Below are positions 53,015 to 61,200 of a stretch of DNA of 64,000 bases, piece after piece. Numbering within the stretch: the first letter of the stretch is position 1; each line of letters begins with the position of its first letter. Source of the stretch: a virus (Duplodnaviria > Caudoviricetes); the IMG/VR virus record IMGVR_UViG_3300030372_004521, positions 1 to 64,000 of that record. One strand, 5' to 3'. The position numbers and the translations under genes were made by a program. Under the pieces are notes generated by a model. It searched no databases and had not been told where the DNA came from. It worked only from the letters and a program-made list of their open reading frames with translations.

Positions 53015-53140
53015 ATGTCATTAGTTAGAAATATTAATAAAAGAAGAAAAGCTGGAACAAGCAGACCAAAAAGTAAATCAACTGTCTCTAAAAAAGCGTA
53101 TGCAGCTATGAAGAGAGGTTGGAAAAAATCTAAAAAATAA
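53015..53140 (+). CDS. Very basic 41-aa peptide, not in ORF track
   Basis: AAGGAG RBS; MSLVRNINKRRKAGTSRPKSKSTVSKKAYAAMKRGWKKSKK. Confidence 0.7.
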   Translation: MSLVRNINKRRKAGTSRPKSKSTVSKKAYAAMKRGWKKSKK

Positions 53141-53144
53141 TCTC

Positions 53145-53570
53145 ATGTATGAATATAAATGTGAAGTTACAAGAGTGGTTGATGGAGACACTGTTGACTG
53201 TGTAATTGATCTTGGCTTTTCAATACTTTACAAGTCTAGAGTTCGTTTATTTGGTATTGATACACCTGAATCTAGAACAAGAAATTTAGACGAAAAGGCA
53301 AGAGGCAAGCTCGCAGCTGGTTTTTTAAAAGCTTGTATAGACGAAGGTAATGAAGTTGTTTTAAAAACAAAGCTTAAAGATTCTAAAGGCAAGTTTGGTA
53401 GAGTTATAGCAACTGTTGTTGTGGATGGCACTGATATAAATCAAACCATGATAGACAAGCATTTAGCAGTTGCTTATTTTGGACAATCTAAAAAAGACAT
53501 CGAAGAAGAACATATGGTTAATAGGAAAAAGTTAATAGAGTTAGGACTATTTACTCCAACTGAAGAATAA
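53145..53570 (+). CDS. Thermonuclease-like protein
   Basis: RVVDGDT, RVRLFGIDTPE, GKFGRV. Confidence 0.88.
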   Translation: MYEYKCEVTRVVDGDTVDCVIDLGFSILYKSRVRLFGIDTPESRTRNLDEKARGKLAAGFLKACIDEGNEVVLKTKLKDSKGKFGRVIATVVVDGTDINQTMIDKHLAVAYFGQSKKDIEEEHMVNRKKLIELGLFTPTEE

Positions 53571-53571
53571 A

Positions 53572-55248
53572 ATGGCAGGATTTAAACTTACAACATTTAC
53601 TGGGTTAAGCACAAAAATCTCCCCTCGACTATTGCCTGAAGATATGTCTCAAAATGCTCAGAATGTTTTATTAGATGCTGGTAGAATAGAAGGGATACCA
53701 ATCGATACTAATGATGATTCTGAAGCAGGTAATACACATCCTGCATCACATATATCTTCAAGCACTAAATCAATATTTAAAGCTTCTTCAACATCCTGGT
53801 TTACTTTTACTGAAGATGTAGATGTTATTAGAAGCCCAATTAAAGAAGACACTCAAGGTAGATTTTATTTTACAGGGTCTGGAACTTATCCAAAATATAC
53901 ATCAACCTCAGTAGGAATATCTGGATCAGGTCCATTCCCAGCAGCAAGTTATAGATTAGGACTACCAACCCCACCAGCATTTACTTCTGCTCCTAGTGTA
54001 AATAATGCCACCGCTGAAGATGGAGCAACAACAAGTTCAAGAGCTTATATTTATACAGAAATAACCACTTTTGGAGAAGAAGGACCTCCTTCAGTAGTAA
54101 CATCTTCAGAAATTGTAGATGCAGCTAATGGTTCTACTGTTACCTTAAGTATGCCAGCAGCAACATCTGGAAACTATACAATAGCAAAAAGAAGAATATA
54201 TAGAACAGATGTAAATGGTGTTTTTAGATTTGTTAAAGATTTGGCTGGAACTTCTTCCGGCACAACCACAGAAGCGGTTACAGATGATTTGCTTGGGGAA
54301 GAAATAGAGTCTTCAGATAATTTAGCACCACCAGATGACACTTCAGCAGATCATCCAGATGGACCAATGTTAGGTATTACTGCAATGCCTAATGGTATAA
54401 CTGCTGGATTCTCAGGCAACACTTTACTTTTTAGTGAGTCATATCTGCCACACTCATATCCATTAGCAAATCAATTAACAACAAAAGATGATATTGTTGC
54501 AATAGCATCTATTGCTTCTGGCTTATTAATAACAACAAAAGGCAAACCTTTATTAGCTTCAGGAACAGACCCTAGTGCTATGGCTATGGTAGAAATAGAT
54601 GCAAATTTACCATGCGTAAATAAAAGATCTTTAGTTGATATGGGAGAGTATGCAATCTATTCTTCACCAGATGGTCTTGTTTTAGCTACTAATTCAGGGA
54701 TACAGCTTATTACAGAACAGATACTTACTAGAGATCAATGGCAAACAAATTATTACCCAACAAATGTTGAGGCATATGAATATGAGGGAAAATATATAGC
54801 GTTTACTTGGGATGGTTCAAATAATGGCACAAAAAAAGGCTTTATATTTGACCCAAGAGGAGGTAAGAATGCTTTTGTAAATATAGATTTTTATGCTACT
54901 GCTGGATATAACGACAGGGAGAATGATGAATTATATTTGGTTATTGATGGTCTTTTAAAGAAATTTGCTAGAGGAGCTACTAGAAGATCATATGTTTGGA
55001 AATCAAAAGAGTTTTATAGTAACAGACCTCTTTCCCCAGGAGTTGCTAAAGTTGACGCTGAATCTTATTCTTCTTTAACTTTTAAACTTTACGCTGATGG
55101 AACTTTAAAGCACACTAAAACTGTAACCAACTCTAATCCTTTTAGACTACCAGGAGGGTATAGAGCCAAAGTATTTGAAATACAGTTGGAGGGAACAGAT
55201 ACAATAAACGAAGTTTGTGTTTATGAAAGTCCACAGGAGATAGTCTAG
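53572..55248 (+). CDS. Podovirus-type tail nozzle/stabilisation-like virion protein
   Basis: PRLLP...Q.A.N, R.Y.YT..T..GEEGPPS, RRIYRT, FSE.Y.PH..P, Y.S.DGLV, W.SKEF; beta-propeller-like; upstream of ejection-like genes. Confidence 0.6.
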   Translation: MAGFKLTTFTGLSTKISPRLLPEDMSQNAQNVLLDAGRIEGIPIDTNDDSEAGNTHPASHISSSTKSIFKASSTSWFTFTEDVDVIRSPIKEDTQGRFYFTGSGTYPKYTSTSVGISGSGPFPAASYRLGLPTPPAFTSAPSVNNATAEDGATTSSRAYIYTEITTFGEEGPPSVVTSSEIVDAANGSTVTLSMPAATSGNYTIAKRRIYRTDVNGVFRFVKDLAGTSSGTTTEAVTDDLLGEEIESSDNLAPPDDTSADHPDGPMLGITAMPNGITAGFSGNTLLFSESYLPHSYPLANQLTTKDDIVAIASIASGLLITTKGKPLLASGTDPSAMAMVEIDANLPCVNKRSLVDMGEYAIYSSPDGLVLATNSGIQLITEQILTRDQWQTNYYPTNVEAYEYEGKYIAFTWDGSNNGTKKGFIFDPRGGKNAFVNIDFYATAGYNDRENDELYLVIDGLLKKFARGATRRSYVWKSKEFYSNRPLSPGVAKVDAESYSSLTFKLYADGTLKHTKTVTNSNPFRLPGGYRAKVFEIQLEGTDTINEVCVYESPQEIV

Positions 55249-57212
55249 TGGCAAATGACATCCTAAAAGGAAAAAAGAAAAATCCAAAAGCTAGAGGGAC
55301 TTTCCCAATTCCCAGAGATTGGAGCCAGGAAGGAAAAAGATTCGGACAATCTATTCAAGATGCATTACAACAGCTTAAAGGTGAAAAAGGAAATACATTA
55401 GATAGGGCTGTAACTTTTAAAGACCTTGTTGATACAGGAATAGCTAAACAAAATTTTAATATGACTGGATCTGGGTCCAGCTTTGTAATAGGAGATGAAA
55501 GTAATATAGATGGAGTTGATACTCCTTCAACACCAACAGGAGTAACAGCTTCAGGAGCTTTCCAAAACATTTTAGTTTCTTGGGATTACCCAACATATGC
55601 TGGACATTCACATACAGAAGTATATGTCAGTAACAGTAATTCCTTCGCCTCAAGAACATTTTTAGCTCAAACCACATCTTCTGTTTTTAGTCATCAAGTT
55701 GGTAATGCAGCAACAAAATATTATTGGATTCGCCATGTAAACCAAAATGATATTTCTGGAGCGTTTCATAATGATACTCCTGTAAATTCAACAACCTCCC
55801 AAGATGTTGGTGCTTTGATGACTTCATTAGGCGAAGATTTATCAGGATTACCGGGCTATACAACCATAACAGGCTTGATATCCGATGGAATGGAAGTTAT
55901 TAGAAGTGCTACCGCACCAACTACAAGAAGTGGTGGCGGTGCTATAAAAATAGATGACATATGGATTGATACAGATGATGGACAAATCTATTTAAGGAAC
56001 GCAGCAAATAATGCATGGGTAGCTTCAAGAGATGCTCAACTTGTATCAGATGTTTCATCTTTAACAACAACAGTAAACAGCAACACAGCAAGCATTAGCA
56101 CGAATGCTACAGCAATATCAACAGAAACATCTGCAAGAACTACAGCAATAAATGCTTTAACAGCCACAGTAAATGGAAATACTTCTTCTATAACAACAGT
56201 TTCTAATGCGGTGGCAAATGGCACTTCTGCTCAAGCTGGTTATGGAATATCTGTAGATGCAAACGGAGCAATCGCAGGTATGTATATTATGGCTGATAGT
56301 AGTGGAAGCCTTCAAAACAATACATCTTCAACTAATATAGTTTTTGTAGCAGATCAATTAGCTATTAGATCAAGCGTTGCTGCTGGTGAAAATTCTGATG
56401 GTGGCAGTGGAAATGTTTATACACCTTTTATTGTTAGAACTTCTTCAACAACATTAAATGGAGAAACCGTCCCTGCTGGAGTCTATATTAAAGATGGTTA
56501 CATACAAAATGGCTCAATAGCAAGTGCAAAAATTGGGAGCCTTAGTGTTGATAAGCTTTCTGGAACATTTGCTGAATTAGATACTGTTTTAACTGGTCAA
56601 TTATCAGCAGATTCAATCACTGTTGATGGAGTAACCTTAGATACTGATGGTAGTGGAAATTTAATAATTAGAGATGGCGGTGTTGGTGACGATCAGTTAG
56701 CAAACTTTAGTGCTGCAAAAATAACAACAGGACAACTAGACTCTGCTAGAGTTAATGTTGACACTTTAAATGTTAAATTTTTTGCTGATGTAAGCTCTAA
56801 AATATATTCACATACAGGAACAGCAGTACCATTAAGCGTTTTTGGAAAAGCTATTCAATTTGATGGGTCTTATCCAGGGGATCAAGTAAATAATACTGAA
56901 ACAACTTTTTTACCAATAACTATTAGTAATGTTAGGAATGGGTCTCAGTATAGAGTTGTTTATTCTGCTGTATTAGGAGATACAAGAGATGGAACAATTC
57001 AATATTCTTTTGATAATTCTTCATGGACATCACTTACTCCAGTTGTGGAATCAGATGCTGGAACATATAGAACATATGTATTTATTTGGGATGGGACATT
57101 AACAGGAATGACTTCAGGACAGTCCCAAGTTTACTGGAGAATTAATTGGGTTGGAGGAACTCATAACTCAACATACCAATCAATGTATGTAACAATAGAT
57201 AATACACAATAA
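55248..57212 (+). CDS. Tail fibre/host-specificity protein (FN3, coiled coil, DUF1983-like)
   Basis: RAVT..DL, YYWIR.VN, VD.NG.IAG, F.AD...I, PF.V, GVYI....I.NG.I..AKI..L. Confidence 0.75.
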   Translation: MANDILKGKKKNPKARGTFPIPRDWSQEGKRFGQSIQDALQQLKGEKGNTLDRAVTFKDLVDTGIAKQNFNMTGSGSSFVIGDESNIDGVDTPSTPTGVTASGAFQNILVSWDYPTYAGHSHTEVYVSNSNSFASRTFLAQTTSSVFSHQVGNAATKYYWIRHVNQNDISGAFHNDTPVNSTTSQDVGALMTSLGEDLSGLPGYTTITGLISDGMEVIRSATAPTTRSGGGAIKIDDIWIDTDDGQIYLRNAANNAWVASRDAQLVSDVSSLTTTVNSNTASISTNATAISTETSARTTAINALTATVNGNTSSITTVSNAVANGTSAQAGYGISVDANGAIAGMYIMADSSGSLQNNTSSTNIVFVADQLAIRSSVAAGENSDGGSGNVYTPFIVRTSSTTLNGETVPAGVYIKDGYIQNGSIASAKIGSLSVDKLSGTFAELDTVLTGQLSADSITVDGVTLDTDGSGNLIIRDGGVGDDQLANFSAAKITTGQLDSARVNVDTLNVKFFADVSSKIYSHTGTAVPLSVFGKAIQFDGSYPGDQVNNTETTFLPITISNVRNGSQYRVVYSAVLGDTRDGTIQYSFDNSSWTSLTPVVESDAGTYRTYVFIWDGTLTGMTSGQSQVYWRINWVGGTHNSTYQSMYVTIDNTQ

Positions 57213-57583
57213 TGTTATACACAATATATAAAAAAAGCACTGGATTAATATGCGGGACTGGTTCGAGCCCAGTTGATAGCCTTTCTGATATAGCTATTAA
57301 TAATGACGAAGGAATAGTTGAAGGAAATTATGACCAGAAAAAATATAAAATTGTTAGCGGATCAGCTATTACCTTTGTTCCAAGCTTGTTTCCTGCGTTA
57401 AGAAGAAAAAGAAATTTTTTACTTCAAGAGTCCGACTGGACCCAATTACCAGATTGTGGTCTTTCAAATTCTAAAAAAACTGAATGGCAAACTTATAGGC
57501 AAAATTTAAGGGATTTACCTGCTTCTTACAATGAGGGAGATTTACTTGAAAATGTGGTTTATCCAACAGCCCCAACCCTTTGA
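57212..57583 (+). CDS. Tail fibre assembly chaperone
   Basis: LR..RN.LL.ESDWTQ.PD, W..YRQ.LRDLP. Confidence 0.85.
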   Translation: MLYTIYKKSTGLICGTGSSPVDSLSDIAINNDEGIVEGNYDQKKYKIVSGSAITFVPSLFPALRRKRNFLLQESDWTQLPDCGLSNSKKTEWQTYRQNLRDLPASYNEGDLLENVVYPTAPTL

Positions 57584-57608
57584 TACAAATGATAAAAAGT
57601 GATATCTT
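57580..57608 (+). promoter_or_regulatory. Promoter TTGATA-N17-TATCTT (extended -10) 8 nt before ATG 57617
   Basis: Canonical spacing. Confidence 0.5.
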
Positions 57609-57616
57609 ACAAGAAA

Positions 57617-58021
57617 ATGTTAACACAAGTTGATGTTAGAGATTTTTGGGATTTAATAGCTCCAGGAGTCTGGGAGATTAAAAATGAATCAGAACCAGAC
57701 TGGAGACCAGAAGATATTTATACAGCTTTAATAAACAATGTGGCTGAATTATATGTATCTAAAGAAGAAAATCCTTGTAAAAGTTTTATTATTTTACAAG
57801 AAAAACTAAGTATTTTTAATAATACTAAGTCTTTATTAATTTGGTTAGCGTATGATAAAAGAGGTAATGCAGCAGATAAATACATGAACTATATAGAAAA
57901 CATGGCGAAACAGAGAGGTTGTAACAAAGTAGAATTTTGGACCCCTTGGGAAAATTTAGCAAAAGCATTATCTTCTAAAGGTTATAAAACAAAACTTTAC
58001 TTAACGGAGAAAGAAATATAA
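57617..58021 (+). CDS. GNAT-like fold protein typical before podovirus internal virion genes
   Basis: L.IWLAY, IE..AK..GC..V.F.T. Confidence 0.55.
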   Translation: MLTQVDVRDFWDLIAPGVWEIKNESEPDWRPEDIYTALINNVAELYVSKEENPCKSFIILQEKLSIFNNTKSLLIWLAYDKRGNAADKYMNYIENMAKQRGCNKVEFWTPWENLAKALSSKGYKTKLYLTEKEI

Positions 58022-58620
58022 TGTCATTCGGTGGCGGTTCAGCAACAATTAAAGATACAGCAGCACAGAAAAAATTAGCGTCTATTGCTGCACAAAGATT
58101 TAATCTTTATCAACAATATTATGTTCCTTTAGAAAATCAATATATGTCTGATGTTTTTGCTATGAAAAGTCCAGCAGCATTTAAAGAAGTTGAAGGTTTT
58201 GTTAGTGCTTTACAACAGCCAGAATTTCAAGCAGGAAGGAGGCAATTACAAGCTCAAGCTTTTGCTCAAGGTATGGACCCTACTAGCGGACAATACCAAG
58301 CCAGAGCAGCACAATTCCAGGAAGCACAAGCACAAGGAATGGGAAGAGGCTCTGCTGAAGCTTTATCTGGTCAATTAGATAGATATTATCAGGGTATGCA
58401 AAATATAATAGCAATGGGTCAAGGTCAAGCAGGAAAAGCAATGTCAGGTTTAGGTGATGTTGGAGCACTAGCCCAAGAAAGAGGAAGGTCAATAGCTCAA
58501 CAGTCTTTAGGTAGATATACATCAAACTTAGGAGCAGCCGGAACTGGAGCAGGTCTTGGCTTTGGATATTATCTTTCACAAAACCCAAATTCTAATTTTG
58601 GGGGAGGAAATAATACTTAA
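58021..58620 (+). CDS. Internal virion/ejection protein (putative)
   Basis: MSFGGGS N-terminus; Gln/Ala/Gly-rich helical; G.DP.SG motif. Confidence 0.6.
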   Translation: MSFGGGSATIKDTAAQKKLASIAAQRFNLYQQYYVPLENQYMSDVFAMKSPAAFKEVEGFVSALQQPEFQAGRRQLQAQAFAQGMDPTSGQYQARAAQFQEAQAQGMGRGSAEALSGQLDRYYQGMQNIIAMGQGQAGKAMSGLGDVGALAQERGRSIAQQSLGRYTSNLGAAGTGAGLGFGYYLSQNPNSNFGGGNNT

Positions 58621-59195
58621 TGGCTTTTTTTCAAGACATTTTAGGACCAGGTGGTAAAACAGGTTTACCATTACCAGGCTATCAACAAAGCCCAGGATAT
58701 GGTTCTGGTGTTTATTCAATGCCAAATCCAGGTTTTGGCTTTGGTGGAGAGCCAGGCTACGGTGGGCAAACTCCAAACCCAGGATACAATTATGTAAACC
58801 CTTTTAGACAAGGAGACCAAGCTGCTCAAGAAACTTTAGCTGATTTATATGAAGCAGAATTTCAAGATTATTTAAATAGGTTTTTTCCAGTAGAACAAGA
58901 CCTTATCTATCAAATGACTGAGGGCTTTGAAGGTTTACAGCAAGAAGAAATTGGTAGAGCTCAAGAAGCGGTTGCAAAGCAATACGCTAATGTTAGAGGT
59001 CAAGAAACAAGAAGGCAGGCTGGTTATGGTTTGTCTTTAAACCCACAAGGGCAAGCAGATTATCAAAGATCTCAAACTTCAGCTTTAGTGGCAGCAAAAA
59101 ACTTTGCACGAATGAGATCAGTTGAAAGAAGAAATCAAATTATTTCAGGTGGTTTAGGAAGTGCTATGACACAAAGGAGTACAATAGGTGGCTAG
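58620..59195 (+). CDS. Internal virion protein (putative) with PG(Y/F) repeats
   Basis: Gly/Pro/Tyr-rich N-terminus, helical C-terminus. Confidence 0.55.
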   Translation: MAFFQDILGPGGKTGLPLPGYQQSPGYGSGVYSMPNPGFGFGGEPGYGGQTPNPGYNYVNPFRQGDQAAQETLADLYEAEFQDYLNRFFPVEQDLIYQMTEGFEGLQQEEIGRAQEAVAKQYANVRGQETRRQAGYGLSLNPQGQADYQRSQTSALVAAKNFARMRSVERRNQIISGGLGSAMTQRSTIGG

Positions 59196-59619
59196 TGGTT
59201 TAGGCGGTTTATTAGCAGTAGGTAGAAGACAAAAAGAGCAGGCTTTGTCTGGTCTTACTAGGGCTGCTGAATTAGAGACTCAAAGAGAAAGTCTTAACAG
59301 ACAATTAAAAGAACAACGAAGGGCAGCCGAAATGAATGTTGTAGGAACTGCTGGAGGTATTGGTGGTGCTCATGTTGCATCTCAATATGCTTCTGCCGAT
59401 GCAGCAGCAAAAGCATCGATTGCAGCAGCAAATGAAGCGACATTAGCTATGGACCTTGCTTCTGGAAAGGGGGTGCAAGAAGCATTAACAGCATCAGAAA
59501 AAGCAGCCGCAGCAGTTGGTACAGCAGAAGCAACCCTGGGAGCAAAAATTGCAGCCGCAGGTCCAACCATACTTTTAGCTATAGCAGGAGGGTATCTTCT
59601 TAAGAAGATATTTGATTAA
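59188..59619 (+). CDS. Internal virion/pilot protein (putative)
   Basis: Ala-rich, hydrophobic Gly/Ala segments, C-terminal TM-like segment. Confidence 0.55.
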   Translation: MASGLGGLLAVGRRQKEQALSGLTRAAELETQRESLNRQLKEQRRAAEMNVVGTAGGIGGAHVASQYASADAAAKASIAAANEATLAMDLASGKGVQEALTASEKAAAAVGTAEATLGAKIAAAGPTILLAIAGGYLLKKIFD

Positions 59620-61199
59620 TGAGCTTTTCAGGAGGATTTAAAGATGGTTTTGGTTATTATTTAGCTTTTGCTGATGAAGAGAGAAAAAGAAGAGAATTTG
59701 AGCAAAACGAAAGATTAATCACATTAAGAGAAGTAGAAGGTGAGAGTCGAGCAAGTTATTATGAAAGTTTAGCAGCAACAGCGGAGCGTGAACGATTACT
59801 AATGGATGCAACACCAGGAGACTACACAAATGTTGCCGATAAAGACATTCCATTTTCAGTACAGGAAATGATAAATAGGACTGAGAAGTCTAGAATCGAT
59901 TTAAAAACCTCTGAACTGAACCTTAACATAACAAATACTAACCTGGATGTAGAGTTATTGAAGCTAAATAATGTAAAAGACCAAGAATCCTTAAGAAAAA
60001 TAGTAAATGTATCTAATTTATTATCTAATGACACTATTAATCCAACAGTGGCAGCAAGTATGCTAGAAGAAACCCTGGTAAATTTAAGAGATAATGAAGC
60101 TTTAGATTTTACAAAATTTGTAAGTGAAGAATATTGGCAAGGATGGGAAAGAATAGCCCCATATTTAGAAAACGGAGATTTTGAAACAATAGCAAACGAT
60201 CATTCAGATGTTTTAACAACAATATTTAGTGAAAGGCTTAAAGTTTTTGAGGGTAAAAATTTTATTGCCAGTGATGGTAGGGAAGGAACTATTAAAAATG
60301 TTTCTTTCTCTGGTTACAACCCTGTAGCAGACAGTGCTAATATGTTAATTCAAGGCGATTTTGTTGTTGATTTTAATGGGGTAGAGGAAACTCTAACATC
60401 ATATTTACCAGACAATGTAAGAGCTCAAAAAAATATAACACAAGACACTGAAGGAAATGACGCAGGATCAGTATCTATAGCCGATGTAGTTGATAGAGTT
60501 TCTGCTGAAAAAGATTTTGCAATGTTTTTAGTAAATAACCCTGATGCTTTAGAAACATTTAAAAATGCTACAAAAGGAATGGTTAGGGCAGAAGATGTTG
60601 ATCCAAGATATTCAGAATCTTTAGTTAAAACATACACAAACCTCAAAAAAGAAGGAGAAAGATATATTGGGGATGTTTGGAGTCGAGCTGAAAAATCAAG
60701 GCTAGATACAGTGATTGAAAAAGATAAAGAGTCAGCTTTTCTTGAAAGTATTTATTTTGCTGACCCAGGACTAGGTTCACAATATATAAACATAACACCA
60801 GATGCTACAAAAATGGGTGGTGATCTTTTTGAGTATAAAGAAGGTGCTAGTCAAGGTGGTTTACAAGATGCTTGGGTCTCAAAATATGCTGATCCAGAAG
60901 GACTTTGGGCAGAAGTTAATAATCTTTATTCAAGTTCAAGAGAGATATATGATATATCAGATGGAAGGCAACCTTTCTATTTTATATTAGGAACACCCCA
61001 TAGACTTGATACTCCAAGAGAACAAATTGAATTGTTTTTACAAAACAGATTACAATCTAATCGCCTGATCGACTATAACGCTTTAAATAATGAAGCAGCT
61101 CAACAATGGGAAAACTTATACAACACCCCTTGGGAAGAGGTGGACTCTCAAAAATATTTAGCTTTCATGTCAGCATTTATAGAAGCAAAGGGGTTATAG
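59619..61199 (+). CDS. Internal virion/DNA-transfer protein (putative)
   Basis: 526 aa, MSFSGGF..GF start, position in the ejection cluster. Confidence 0.55.
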   Translation: MSFSGGFKDGFGYYLAFADEERKRREFEQNERLITLREVEGESRASYYESLAATAERERLLMDATPGDYTNVADKDIPFSVQEMINRTEKSRIDLKTSELNLNITNTNLDVELLKLNNVKDQESLRKIVNVSNLLSNDTINPTVAASMLEETLVNLRDNEALDFTKFVSEEYWQGWERIAPYLENGDFETIANDHSDVLTTIFSERLKVFEGKNFIASDGREGTIKNVSFSGYNPVADSANMLIQGDFVVDFNGVEETLTSYLPDNVRAQKNITQDTEGNDAGSVSIADVVDRVSAEKDFAMFLVNNPDALETFKNATKGMVRAEDVDPRYSESLVKTYTNLKKEGERYIGDVWSRAEKSRLDTVIEKDKESAFLESIYFADPGLGSQYINITPDATKMGGDLFEYKEGASQGGLQDAWVSKYADPEGLWAEVNNLYSSSREIYDISDGRQPFYFILGTPHRLDTPREQIELFLQNRLQSNRLIDYNALNNEAAQQWENLYNTPWEEVDSQKYLAFMSAFIEAKGL

Positions 61200-61200
61200 T

